From Scenedesmus sp. PABB004 (taxonomy: Eukaryota): a stretch of 64,000 bases of DNA. Of this stretch, positions 47,487-59,884 are shown in pieces (within the stretch, counting starts at the first letter, position 1; the number at the start of each line of letters is the position of its first letter). A program made the position numbers and the translations under genes. The stretch is taken from contig JABVCE010000021.1 of assembly GCA_014905635.1 (NCBI GenBank), positions 620,001-684,000 of the forward strand, read 5' to 3'. Below the pieces are notes generated by a model, which saw only the letters and a list, made by a program, of their open reading frames with translations, ran no database searches and was not told the DNA's origin.

Positions 47487-48735
47487 ATGCGGTGCCTGCG
47501 GGGCGCGCACGCGCCGCCCGCGACCGCCCAGCGGCCCTGGGCGCCGCGGCCGCTGGCTGGGGCGCGGCCCCGGCCCGCGGTGCGCTGCCGGTCGGCGCCC
47601 ACGCCCCACTTCCCGGCCTCGAGCGAGCCCGCCGTCGTGAAGGCGCCAGGCCCGGCCCCGCCCGCCGCGCCCGGCGTGACCGACTACATCGCTGGCCCCT
47701 ACGGCAGCGGCCGCCTGGCCGACAGCAGCACGGAGGGTGCGGGGGCGGCAACCCTAGCGGGCGCCGCGCCGTCCGCTGCGCCGCCGCGCGCGCCCGATCG
47801 CCTGATCGGCGATCGCCCGCCGGCCCGCGCCGCAGAGGACGAGGACGTGCTGGAGGTGCCCACGCTGCGCCACCTGCTGGAGCCCAGGCACGGCCGCGCC
47901 GCGCGGCGCGGCGCGAGCGCCGGCGCAGCCGGCAGGCGGCGCGGCCGCCGATCTCGCCGCCCCGCGCCCCTCCCGCAGGCCCAGCCCCTTTGCGCTGGAC
48001 AACAACTCGGGCGGCGGCTTTGTGGGCGACCGCGACAAGATCCGGCTGCACACTGTGGAGTTTGAGTCGACCGAGTCGTCGGGTGCGCCGGCGGCGCCGG
48101 CGGCGGCGGCGGCGGCGGCGCTCGCAGGAGGCGCTCCTCGCAGGAGGCGCCGCGCCGCGCCGCGCCGCGCCGCGCCGCACCGCCCGCCGTGCGCGGCCCA
48201 CGGCCTGCTCGCCGCGCGCCGCCGCGCGCAGGCGCGACGTGCGCGACGGGCGAGAACAACACGTTTGACGAGGACACCTGCCTCGTGCTGCCGGAGTGGT
48301 CCATCCGCTCGGGGCCGCGCAAGACGATCTACTTCAACCCAGAGACGGTGCGCCGCCGGCGGCGGGCGGGGCTTGCAGGGCCTGCACAGCCCCCACCACG
48401 CGCCGCGCCGGCGGCGCCGCGCCCAGCCCCGGCGGCGCCCGCGCCTCGCGCGCCCGCGCCTCACGTGCTGCGCGCCTCACGCGCCCACGCGCAGGTCACG
48501 GCGGCGATCGTGACGTGCGGCGGGCTGTGCCCGGGGCTGAACGACGTGGTGCAGAACATCGTGTTCACGCTCACCGACTATGGCGTCCCCGAGGACCAGA
48601 TCCTGGGGATCCGCTACGGCCTGCGCGGCTTCTACGAGCGCGAGGACAAGCCCGTCACGCTCACGCGCCGCTGCGTCGACGGCATCCACCTCAAGGGCGG
48701 CACCATGCTGGTGCGCGGCGGGGGGCGGGCGCGGC

Positions 48736-48771
<36 letters not shown>

Positions 48772-50482
48772 CGCGCGCCGCGGCGGCGCGGCGCTGAGCC
48801 GTTCCGTGTCGCAGGGCACGTCGCGCGGCGGCGCCAACATCAAGGAGATTGTGCGCCGCATCGACCTGTGGGGCCTGGACATGGTATTTGTGGTCGGCGG
48901 CAACGGCGGCAACGCGGCGGCCAACGCGATCCAGCAGGAGGTCGAGCGCCAGGGCGTGCGCTGCGTCGTGGCGGGCGTGCCAAAGTCGATCGACAACGAC
49001 ATCCTGCTGGTGCGCCGCCTGTTGGGCGGGCGCGGGGAGGGATGGCGGGCGCCCGCCAGGGCTGTGCGGGGCGGGGCGGGGCGGGCGGGGCGGGGCGGGC
49101 GGCGCCGCGCCTGCTGGGCGTGCCCGCTGCGCCCGCTGCGCCCGCCGGCGGCGGCGCGCGCCCCCGGCGCGGCCCGAGCGCCCGCTGCGCCGCGCGCCCC
49201 GCGCCGCGCGCGGCCAGGTGGACAAGTGCTTTGGCTTTGACACCGCGGTCGAGGAGGCGCAGCGCGCGCTGCTGGCGGCCAAGGTCGAGGCGAGCAGCGG
49301 CTACAAGGGCCTGGGCATTGTCAAGCTCATGGGCCGCAGCAGCGGCTTCATCGCGATGCAGGCGTCCATGGCCTCGGGTGCGCGGCGCGCCGCGCCGCGC
49401 GCGCGACCGCGCCCGTCGCCTGCGCACGGCCGCGGCGGGCAGGCCCGGGCAGGCCCCGGCGGCGCGCGCGTGCGGCGCGGCAGCCGGCGGCGCGCTTGAC
49501 CGCGCCCGCCCGTGCGCCGCCGGCGGCCAGGCGTGGTCGACGTGTGCCTCATCCCCGAGGTGCCCTTCAGCCTGGACAAGCTCAAGGAGCACGTGAAGAA
49601 CGTGCTCGACAAAAAGGGCCACGCCGTGCTCTGCGTCGCAGAAGGCGCCGGCCAGGTGCGCCCCCCGGCGCCTGGGGCCCCGCGCGCGAGCGCTGGCCAA
49701 GGGCGCCGCCCCGCGCGGGCGCCGGCCAGGGGCGCCGCGCGACGCCCGCGACCCGCCCGGGCCCGCCCGCCGCCGCCGCGCGCCGCGCGCCGCGCAGGAC
49801 ATCCTCGCCGCCGGCAGCTCCGCGACCGACGCGAGCGGCAACGCGATCCTCGCGGACGTGGGCACGTGGATGCGGGACGAGTTCAAGCGGCACTTCAAGG
49901 GCGAGGCGGACGTGAAGTACATCGACCCCTCCTACATCATCCGGTGAGCGGCGGCGGGGGGCGAGAGGCGGAGGCAGGGGAGAGGAGCGGTTTCGGGCGG
50001 ACGCGGGGCCGGCGGGGGCTGCTGCGCCCAGGGGCCCGCGCCGGGGCCCGCCTCTCCCGCGCCGCGCGCGCCGCGCCGCGCACTGCGCCCACCGCACGCA
50101 CGCACGCGCTCACGCGCGCGCGCGCACACACACGCCCGCCCAGGTCCATCCCCACGACCAGCAACGACCGCATCTACTGCAAGGTCCTGGGCCAGGGCGT
50201 GGTGCACGGCGCGTTTGCGGGCTACACCGGCTTCACCGTCGGCCTGGTCAACACGCACTACGTGTACCTGCCCATCCCGGTCATCATCCAGGCGCCGCGC
50301 AAGGTCAACCCCAAGGGCCGGCGGTGGAACAGGCGCGGCGCGCGCGCGCGCGGCGGCCGGCTGCGCGGCGGCAGAGGCGGCGGCAGAGGCGGCGACGGGG
50401 GCCTCGCCGCCCTCTGACACCACCACCCCCGCCCGCCCTCGCGCGCAGGCTCAAGACCGCCATCAACCAGCCCGACCTGTGA
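47487..50482 (+). CDS. PFK: ATP-dependent 6-phosphofructokinase, plastid type, 11 exons
   Basis: [68 protein letters not shown]. Confidence 0.96.
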
Positions 50483-51053
50483 GCCGGGGACGCGACCACG
50501 CTCACAGACGTCGCGGGGGGCGCGAGCGGCAGCAGCAGACGCTGCCGCGGGCGGCACTGGTGGCGCGCCAGCGCCGGCGCGCGCCAGCGACCGCGCCGCC
50601 TGCCGGGGCGCGCCTGCGGCCTGCGGCGGCGGGTGTGCGCGTGCGCGGGCGTTGTCTGTCGGTGCGTGTGTGCACACACTCGGTCTGACGCGCAGCGGTA
50701 TGCACTTTCATTGACGGCTGGCAGGGGGGCAACGGGAGGGAGGGCGGGGAGGGCTGCCGCGCCCGCGCCCGGCCCCGCCGAGAACGGTCGGGAGCGGTGC
50801 GGTGGGCGCCGGCGGCGCGCTGCCGCTCGGCGGGGAGCATGCTGCACGCCAAGCAATGTCGGTCGCGTCCCGCATTCATCGCAGTTACGGCGGCCGGCGC
50901 CTAACACACGACCGCCCACGCGCCCCGCCCGCCGCCTGCGTCAGTCCTCGCGCCGCCGCCGCTGCTCGCACGCGCACCGCGTCAGAGGGAGGCGCCGCCG
51001 CCGTGCTGCCCCGCTGCCCTGCTCCCCCGGCTGCCCCGGCTGCCCCGTCGGGC

Positions 51054-52726
51054 TCACTTCACGTCGACGAGCTCCACCTCAAAGTCGAGCACGGAGTTGG
51101 GGGGGATGGGCCCCGTGCGCTGGCCGCCGTACCCCATCTGGGGCGGCACGACCAGCCGCCGCACGTCGCCCACGCGCATGCCCTGAACGCCCGCGTCCCA
51201 GCCCTTGATCACCTGACCGACGCCTGCCAGGGCGCGCGCACACGGCGGGCGCGGCGGGTCGCAGGGCGGCTGGCTGGAGCGCGCGCGCGCCCGTCCCCCT
51301 CCCCGCGCAGCAGCGCGCGCGGCGCACCGAGCCTGAACGTGAAGGTCTTGCCGCCCTTGGTCTGGTCAAAGACCTTGCCGTTTTTGAGCTTGCCCACGTA
51401 GCGCACCTTGACCTGGCTGCCCGCGCGCGCGAGCTTGCCGTGCGGGTCGCCCATGCGCAGGTGGTGGACCTCAAAGCCGTTCTCGTAGCGCTTCACGTCC
51501 TTCTTGCGCCCCGGCACCTCCTGCGCCGCGGCGCCTGCGCGGCGCGGCGCGGCGCGGCGGGCGTGGGCGCGGCGCGAGGCGTGACACGCAAGGCGGGCGA
51601 GCGAGGCGCAGGCGCGACCCCGCCGCCCTGCTCCCCCCGGCGCCTGCGCCCCTGCCGCGCGCCGCACCCGCCGCGGGCTTGGCCTCGGCCGTCTTGGCCG
51701 CGGCCTGCTGCTTCGCCGCCGCCGCCTGCTGCTTCGGCGCCGCCGCCTGCTGCTTCGGCGCTGCCGCCGCCTGCTGCTTCGGTGCCTTGGCCGCCGCTGC
51801 CTGCTCCTTCTGCTTCTTGGCGCCCGCCGCCGCCGGCGCGTCCTCGGCCTGGCGCTTCTTGGCCGGCGCGGGCGCGGGCTGCGGGCGCGGCGCGCAAGGC
51901 GCGTCAGCCCGCCCGGCGCAGCGCGGAACAAACAAGCCACGGCCGCGCCGCAGCGCCAGCCCCCGCCCCGTTGCCCCGCCGCCGCCGCCCCGCTGCGCCC
52001 ACCTGGGCGTCCGTGATGTCTTCGATGATCACGCTCGGCTCGCGCCGCCCCGCGCCGCGCAGCCCCGCCGCCGCGGCGAGCAGCGCGTCGTCGTCGCTGC
52101 CGCCCTCGTCGTCGTCGTCGTCACTCTCGCCCTCCTCCTCGCCCTCCTCGCCCTCCTCGCTCTCCTCGTCGCTGCTGCCGCCCAGGCCGGCCAGGCCGTG
52201 CATGTCGTGCATCTGCGCCGCGCCGCGCCGCGGCGCGCGCGGCGCGCGCGGCGAGCGCGGTGAGCGCCCCCGGACGCCGCGCCGGCGGCTCGCGGGCGGG
52301 CCGGCCGCCACGCCAGCTGCCCGCGCGCCGGCGCGGCCGCCCTGCGTGCGGCCGCCCTGCCCGCCGCTCGCCCCGCACCCCGTGCAGGCCGTCCTCGTCC
52401 TCATCCTCCTCTTCCTCGTCCTCCTCCGCGCCGAGCGGCGGGCTGTAGTAGCCAGTGAGGTGCACCGGGACGGCGTCGCCGGCCACGCTGACCTCGGCGT
52501 ACTCGGCGAGGAACTGGTCCAGCAGCACCGTGTCCGTCACGCCCGCGCGCAGCGTCGCCAGCACGAGCGGCTCCTCCTCGCCGCAGCGCACGAGCAGCGA
52601 GACGCGCGCCCCCTCGGGCGCGCTCGCGTGGATCGCTGCCTGGCTCAGATGGAGCGCGTAGCCATCGGAGTGGGGGACCAGGGGGGTGGGCTTGCCCCCC
52701 GGCCTCACCACGGCGCCGAAGAACAT
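51054..52726 (-). CDS. Nucleoplasmin-like + FKBP-type PPIase (FKBP53-like histone chaperone)
   Basis: MFFGAVV...LHLSQA...VHLTGYY, acidic tracts, then VRYVGKLKNGKVFD, GQVIKGWDAGVQGMRVG, IPPNSVLDFEVEL. Confidence 0.92.
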
Positions 52727-53033
52727 GGCGGCGGCTCGCGCGGCGGCGGCTGAGCAGCGGCGGCTCGCCCGGCGGCTGCGCGGCGGCGCGGCTGGCGGGG
52801 GCGCTGGGCGCGTGCGCTGCGGGGCTGTGCGTCGCGGACAGCCGTTGCACCGACGGCGGCGGCACAGCGGGCGTTGAGCCGCCGTGACGGCCCCGCGCGG
52901 CTGCGGCCAAGCCGCTCGCCCACCCGCTCTCTGTGCCAGGAGTCGCCGCCGCCCGAAGCGAAACGGCCGTGCGCGGCGCGATGTGAAGCAGCGCCCGTGC
53001 GCGCGACGCCCGCCGCTGCGCTGCGCCGCCGCG

Positions 53034-54414
53034 ATGGCGGCCCCGCTGGACGCCGAGAAGGCGGAGCGCAAAGTCTGGATCGTGCGGGTGTGGCGCCGGC
53101 GCGGCGGCGGCGCCGATCGCGGCGCCGGCGGGCGCGCGCGAGCAGCAGCAGCGGCCCGCCGCGGCAACCGCCGCCCCCCCCGCCGGCGCCGCGCCCGCAC
53201 CCCCAGGTGCCGCCCTACGTGGCAAAGCAGTGGCACGCGGCCATCTCCCGCTCGGCGGCGGCGGCGGTGGACGAGGACGCGCACCCAGAGGTGCTGGGCC
53301 AGGTCGTGATCCAGCAGGTGCGCCGCTGCGCGCCGCTGCGCCGCCGCTGCGCGCCGCCCGGCGCTGACGCGCGGGCCGCGCGCCGCAGGGCGTGGCGACC
53401 ACGCTGCAGATCCCGGGTGCGCGCAGCGCACGCCTGGGCGGCGGCCGCCGCCGTCGCCAGCAGCCTGCGCGCGGCGGGGGCCCCGCGCCCGGCGGGCGCG
53501 CCGAGCCGCCGCCGCGCCGCGACCGTCGCAGGCGAGCCGGGCGCGGGCGGGCCGCAGGCGCTGCACATGAACCCCAACCGGGACACCGTCGACACCGCCG
53601 TCCTCTCGTTCGAGCCCGCCCCGCCGCCGCCGGCCGGCAAGGCGGGCGCGGCGGCGCCGCCGCCGGGCATCCTCTTGCCCAGTGCGCCGCGCGCGCGCCG
53701 GCGGCGGGGCGGCAGCAGGGGCGGCGGCCGCCGCCGCGGCCCGGCGACCGCGGCTGACGCAGCCCCGCGCCCGCCGCGCGCGCTGCCGCGCGGCGGCGCA
53801 GAGGTTGATGGGTCGGTCCACAAGCGCTATGACGCGGCGCCGGTGCAGATCGCCGACGCGCCGGCAGACGCGGTGCGCGCGCGGGGCGCGCACGGCGCCG
53901 CCGCCGCGTGGGCGCCCGCTGAGCCCCGGCGCGCGCGCGCTCGCAGGACGGCGGGCAGCCGGGCGTGCTGGACCCCGACCTGGTCAAGCGCGACGCGGAG
54001 CAGCGCCAGCGCCGGCAGGTGCGCGGGACGGCGCCGCCACGCGCGCCCACGCCCCTGGCGCCGCCGCCAGCCCCCGTCTTACGCTCCCCCTCCTCCCCCC
54101 CCCCCCACCCGCGCGCGCTCCCCCTCCCTCCCTCCCGCCCCCCGCCCCTCCCGGCCGCAGGCGCAGGTCGACGCCGCGTACCTGCACAGCTCGCGCGCGC
54201 GCCTCGCCGCCGCGGCGCGGCCCGCGGCGCGCAAGGTGGAGGTGATCGACGACGTCAAAGAGGTCAAGCGCCTCGCGGGCGGGACCGTGCCGCTCTACTC
54301 GCAGCAGCGCGCGGTGCGCGCGCCGCGCCGGCGCGCCGCCGCCGCCGCCGCGCCAGCCCCGGGCGCAGCCGCCGCGCCGCCGCCGCGGCAGCCTCGGGCG
54401 CCGGCCGAGAGACT

Positions 54415-54470
<56 letters not shown>

Positions 54471-54929
54471 GCCGCGCCGCAGGCGCGCACCAAGGTGCGC
54501 ACCGTCGCCGCGGCGGGCGGGCCCGCCAAGCGCATGCGCATGGGGCGCGACGAGCTCGAGGCGGAGCTGTTCAAGAAGTTTGGCGAGCAGCCGCACTGGC
54601 ACTTTGTACAGCTGCAGGTGCGCCGGCGCCGGCGCGGCCTGGCCGGCCCGGCCGCGCGCTGCCCGCGCCGCCACGCCCGCCCGGCGAGCGTCCTTACTGC
54701 GCCCGCGCCTGCTGACGGCCGCGCGGCCCCCGCGCTGCGCCTGTGCCCGTGCGCGCAGAAGGAGGTGGACCAGCCGGTCGCGTACCTGAAGGAGGTGCTC
54801 AACGACCTGGCGGTGCAGGTCAAGCGCGGGCCCCACAAGGACCTCTGGGAGCTCAAGAAGCACCTGCAGACCGGCGGCCGCGGCGGGGGCGGCGGCGGCG
54901 GCGCGCCGGCGGCGCCGGCGCCGGGCTGA
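53034..54929 (+). CDS. GTF2F2: Transcription initiation factor IIF beta subunit
   Basis: AERKVWIVRVPPYVAKQW; RMGRDELEAELFKKFGEQPHW...DQPVAYLKEVLNDLA...KRGPHKDLWELK. Confidence 0.88.
54415..54468. repeat. (GCC)n trinucleotide run (intronic)
   Basis: Direct observation; a similar run lies at 57861-57908. Confidence 0.9.
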
Positions 54930-55447
54930 GCGCGGCAGCGGTTCAACCTCTCGGCTCACCTGCGACGCTGCGCTGCCACAGCCGCCTCGGCCTCTGAACA
55001 GCGGGCCAGGACCGCCCGCCACGAACCGCCCGCCTGATCGGCCGCGCAGCGCAGCTGTGCAGCGCCCCGGCGCGGCTGCTGCAGCGCCCGCTCGACCGCG
55101 CTCGCCTGCGGGGCTCCTTTAGGCCCCGACGCGCCTTCGCGCGGCCGCTCGCGGACGCGCAGCCTCCCGTGGGCGTGTCGGCGCCGGCGTGCGGGTTTTC
55201 CCTCCAAAAAGCAGCAGCGGCCCGCCGCGCGGCGGGGGCCGCACCGGCCGCCGCCAGGGCTGCGCCATGCCTCCACGACGCCAGCGTGAGTGGCCCTCGC
55301 TCAGGGTGGAGCGAGGGAGGGGGGGGCAGCGTGGCGGTGGCCGGCCCCCGGGCCGGGGGCGACCCGCGCCGTGCTCGCAGCGGTCGCGCGACGCCGCCGC
55401 CTCTCTCGCTGCCGTGCCCGCGCCCTGCAGCGGGCGCCGACGACAGC

Positions 55448-56501
55448 ATGGCGCATGGGGGCGGAGAGGAGCCGCCGCCGCTGGACGCGCTCGCGGACGA
55501 GCTGCACGATGCGCTGGCGCCCGTGCTGCTCAGCCGACCCGCCAACCCCCTGCTCTTCCTCTGCGCGCAGTGCGTAGGGGAGAGAGCGCCCGCCGGCGCC
55601 GGCACAAGGCCGCAGAGCAGCCTGCCGGGGCGGCAAGCCAGCGCAGCTGGCGCGCGCCGACGCCCACCCCCTCGCCGGCTGCCGCCGCACGCCGCCCTGA
55701 CTCTCGCCCGCCCGCCGCAGCTTCCGTGACCGCGCCGGCGTGGGTGCCAGCTCCGTGAGCGCCGCGTATCGCACGCTGCGCCTCTGCGGCAGCGACGGGG
55801 CGCGCTGCGCGGCCAACGTGTGGGCGGCCTTCCAGGCGCTCGCTGAGCCGGACGGCAGCGTGCGGCCAGAGCCCTTCCTGCAGCTGCTGGGCATGCTGGC
55901 AGACGGCCTGCCGCCCGAGCTGCGCGCGAGCCTCATGCAGGCGCGGCGGGGGAGGGGGGGGGGCAACGCGGCGGGTGTGGGCCCGCCGCGTCGGCAGGCG
56001 CAGCCGGTCTGGTGCCGGCGCCGCCGGTCCGCACCGCGCCGCGCCGCGCTGGGCTGGCCAGCGCCGCGCGCCGCTGCCGAGGCGCAGGTGCTGGCGGACG
56101 TGGCACGCCTGCCGCCCAGCTGGCCGGTTTTTCACGACGCCGCCAAGGCGTGCCTGCTCCTGGGCGAGGTGGCGAGTACCGCTCCGGCGCGCGGCGGGCA
56201 CATGCTGCAGCTGCCGGAGGCCCGGCTGCTGCTGGAACTGCTGTTGCTGGAGCAGGAGTGGTGCGCTGATGCCCGGGGGCGTGGCGGCCCGCCAGCGCCT
56301 GGCCGCGCGCTGACGCTCGGCCCACGCCGCAGGCTGCTGGCGGCCGCGCAGCCGGTGCCGCCGGTGCAGCGCCTGCGCTCGGTGCAGCTGGCGCAGGGGG
56401 GCGGCGAGCAGGCGCCGCTGGACGTGAGGCTGCGCGCGGCGTGGGCGGCGCAGCGCGCGCAGCAGCTGGTCGAGGCGGCGGCGGCGCACTGCGCGGGCTG
56501 A
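55448..56501 (+). CDS. Tubulin polyglutamylase complex subunit 1-like protein
   Basis: LHDALAPVLLSRPANPLLFLCAHF (RIIa/Dpy30-like docking motif), AYRTLRL, NVWAAFQAL, VFHDAAKACLLLGE resemble TPGS1 as recalled. Introns 55570-55720, 55941-56087, 56261-56332. Confidence 0.6.
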
Positions 56502-56860
56502 GTGTCCGGGGAGGCAGGGGTGGACCGGTCGTCACGGGGGCGTCGCGGGGGCGCTCGCAAGCGGCGCACGCGGCCGCTGCGCCCGCGGGCTGGCTGGTGC
56601 GCGCAGCAGCGCGCCGCGGCGCCGGCGCAGCAGCGCAGCACCTCCGCGCCGCCGCCCTCGGGCTCCAGACGCTTGGTAAGAGCTCTGGCCGCGCCCGCTG
56701 GCCGCGGCGCGCGCTCGCCGCAGAGCAGGAGGCTGTAGCGCGTCATAAGCCGGCTGCCCAGCCCCTGGGGGCCACAGCCCCCACCCGGACTGCTACTCTC
56801 TTGCTCTCCTGCCCCCTTTGCGCCCTGCTCCCCCTCTGCTCTCAGGGCCCTCTGCTCGCC

Positions 56861-57858
56861 ATGGCCTCCCGCGCCCGTGCCTTCGCGCTGGCCGCGCTGG
56901 CCGCGCTCATTGTGCTCGCCTCCCTCGCCGTCGTCAGCGTGGACGTGCGCCTGGCCGCCACGCTCACGCGCGGCGCCGAGCTCGTCGCGCGCGCGCGCAT
57001 CCCCGCTGTCGCTTCCTTCGCCTGCAACGCCTACGCCTCCGCCGTGGCTGCCATGCCGAGCCTGACCACCCTGGCCGCCACGTCCACGCTGCCCCTCGCC
57101 ACCACGTCGCCCGTGGCGGTGCTGGCCCGCGGCGGCGCCGCGGCGACGCTGCTCATCGCCCTGCTCGCCCTGCTCGCCCTCATCCTCGCCCTGCTGGCGC
57201 AGCGCGCCCGCCTGGCCGCCGCCACCGCCCGCGCCGACGCCGCTGACCTGCGCGCCAACCTGGACGCCGCCGCGGCCGACGCCGCCCGCGCGGACGCCGC
57301 CGCGCTGCGCGCCGCGCTCGCCGCCGAGCGCACCGCCAGCTCGTGGGTGCGCCTCCTCGACGCCGAGTGCCTGACCGACGCCGAAAACAAGCGCGAGCGC
57401 GCCGCCGACGCGCCGTACGGCACGACCACCGTGGGGCGCGTCGTGCGGGCCGTCGAGGAGCTCCAGGCCGAGGTCGACGCCAACGCCGCCGAGCTCGCCG
57501 CCCTCAAGGCCGAGCTCGCGCGCCGCGACGCCACCGTGGAGCGCCAGGCCGCCGAGCTCGCCGCGCTCAACGCCAGCCTGGCGCGCTGCAACGCCGCGGG
57601 CGCGGAGCAGACCGCCGCGCTCGCGCGCGCGCGCACGCTGCTCGACATGCGCACCCACAAGGTGGAGCTGCTCGAGGGCATCCAGAAGACCATGGCCGAG
57701 GCCCTGCTCATGCGCGGCGAGGTCATCGCGGCCTACAAGGTGCGGCGCGCGCCGCGCGCGAACGCGCCGCGCGCCAGCGCCCGCTGCACGGCGCGCCAGG
57801 CTGGCGCGCCGGCCCGGCAGCGCCTCCGCCCGGCCGCGGCGCTGGGCGCCGCCTGACC

Positions 57859-57911
<53 letters not shown>

Positions 57912-58401
57912 TCAAACGTCGGCGCCCGCAGAAGCGCGCGCTCGTGCGCGACGCGGCGCCCGGGCACAGCGGCCCGGCCCAGCGCGGCGCCACGCCGCTG
58001 CCCATCCCGGCGGCGCCGCGCGCTCCCGCGCGCAAGCCGAGCGAGACGGCCGCACAGATGGCCGCGGCGAAGCTCAACAAGGTGCTGGACGACGCTGCCG
58101 CACAGGCCGACAGGCTGCGCGCCAACATCACCGCCACGCGCGTCGCCTACGAGGTGCGCGCCGTGCGGCCGGCGGCCGCTGCGCGTGGCCCGAGCCCCGC
58201 CCCGCTCCCCGGCCCGCGCTGCGCGGCCCTGACTGCCAGCGTCCGCCGCGCGCCGCCGCCGCCCCGCGCGCGTGCGCAGGGCGCGCGCAAGCCGGCCATC
58301 GCCAGGCCCGCCGCGCCCTGCGCCTCCACCGCCGCGCCCGACGCCCGCGACGCCGAGCCCGCCGCGGCCGCCGACAGCACGGCCTCGGCCTCGGACGGCG
58401 C

Positions 58402-58462
<61 letters not shown>

Positions 58463-58498
58463 TGCGCCCCCACCGCCGCGCCCGACGACATGGCGTAG
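56861..58498 (+). CDS. Hypothetical membrane-anchored coiled-coil protein, 3 exons
   Basis: Two hydrophobic segments and heptad-rich regions; phase-consistent introns 57740-57931 and 58154-58279. Confidence 0.65.
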
Positions 58499-58534
58499 GC
58501 GAGGCCTGTTTTTCAGTTCTGGCTCACTGCTGCT

Positions 58535-58795
58535 CCGCCTGCCGCGCCCTGCCTGCCATGTGTGCTTTGCCTCGTGCGCTCTGCCTGCTGCACTTTTGCT
58601 GCCGCGCTCTGCCTGCCATGCGTGTCGCGCCTGTTCTGCCGCGCCTTGCTGTGTGTTCTGCCTGCTGTGCTCTGCGTGCTGCGCGTGTCGTGCCTTTTTT
58701 GCCGCGCCCTGCCGCGCCCCGCCTTCCGCGCCCTGCCTGCCGCGCCCTGCCTGCCGCGCCCTGCCTGCCGCGCCCTACGTGCTTTGCCTGCTGCC
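58535..58795. repeat. Degenerate CTGCCGCGCCCTGC tandem repeat
   Basis: Multiple imperfect 14-mers, near-perfect at 58725-58776. Confidence 0.75.
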
Positions 58796-58796
58796 C

Positions 58797-59884
58797 ATGC
58801 TGAGCTCCTCAACACGAGCGCCCATGCCGCCAAGGGATGTGACGCGCGTCGGCGGCAAGAGACTCGGGCGGCGGGGGCCGCGCGCGCGCTGCGCGCGTGG
58901 CGCTGCGGCCGTCCCCTGGTTCACGCCCCCGCTGCCGCCGCCCCTGCCCGCAGGCTGCCTCTCGCCTCGCCGACCAACACCACGGCTGCTGCGCGTGCGA
59001 GCCCGCGTCCCGCCGCACGCAACGATTGGCGGCCGCTCTGCACCTGCACCTCCAACTGCTGACACCACCAAGGGGAGTGAGACGCGCGGGCGGCGGGGAC
59101 GCGGGCGGCGGCGCGCTGCGGAGGGGACGCGAGGCGCTGGCCACGCCAATGACCAACCTGAAGCGCGCACCGGGCTGGCGCGCGCGCTGCGCGCGCGGCG
59201 CTGCGGCCGTCCCCTGGTTCACGCCCCCGCTGCCGCCGCCCCTGCCCGCAGGCTGCCTTTCGCCTCGCCGACCAACACCACGACTGCTGCACGTGCGAGC
59301 CCGCGTCCCGCCGCACGCAACGATTGGCGGCTGATCTGCACCTCCAACTGCTGACACCGCCAAGGGTAGTGAGACGCGCGTGCGGCGGGCGACCGCCGCC
59401 GCCCTGCCGCCGCCCTGCCGCCGCCCTGCCGCCGCCCTGCTCACAGGCTGCCCCTCACCGGCATGACCAACCGCGACGGCGACCGCGACGGCGACCTCTG
59501 CCATCATCGGTCATCGCTCAACCATCAACCGCCACAATCATCGCTCAACCGGCAACCATCAACCGCCATCAATCATCGCTCAACCATCAACCGCCATCAA
59601 TCATCGCTCAACCGGCATCAGGCAACTGCCATCAGTCATCGCTCAACCGGCATCAGGCAACCGCCATCAGTCATCGCTCAACCGGCAACCGTCAACCGTC
59701 ATCGCTCGGGCATCTGTCAATGTTCAACAACTGCCAACCGTCAACCGTCAGCAGTCCCCCCCACCCCCGCCCCGCCCATTCCCACCCAACAACACTGCTC
59801 AGTCCCTTGCCCCCCCCCCCGCTCGCGCCGCTCTTCTCCGCCCTCGTTGGCAGCGTCCGCTGCCCAGAACGACGTGGACTTTGA
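58797..59884 (+). CDS. Putative orphan 4-exon gene with tandemly duplicated Cys/His exon (may be non-coding)
   Basis: Exons 58797-58838, 58954-59076, 59252-59368, 59447-59884 all join in phase 0 without stops. Confidence 0.35.
58880..59385. repeat. About 200-bp direct duplication (intron end + exon + donor units)
   Basis: 58882-59095 and 59180-59387 are near-identical. Confidence 0.9.
59503..59750. repeat. A/C-rich minisatellite, core TCATCGCTCAACC, about 7 copies
   Basis: Direct observation; composition differs sharply from the flanks. Confidence 0.9.
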
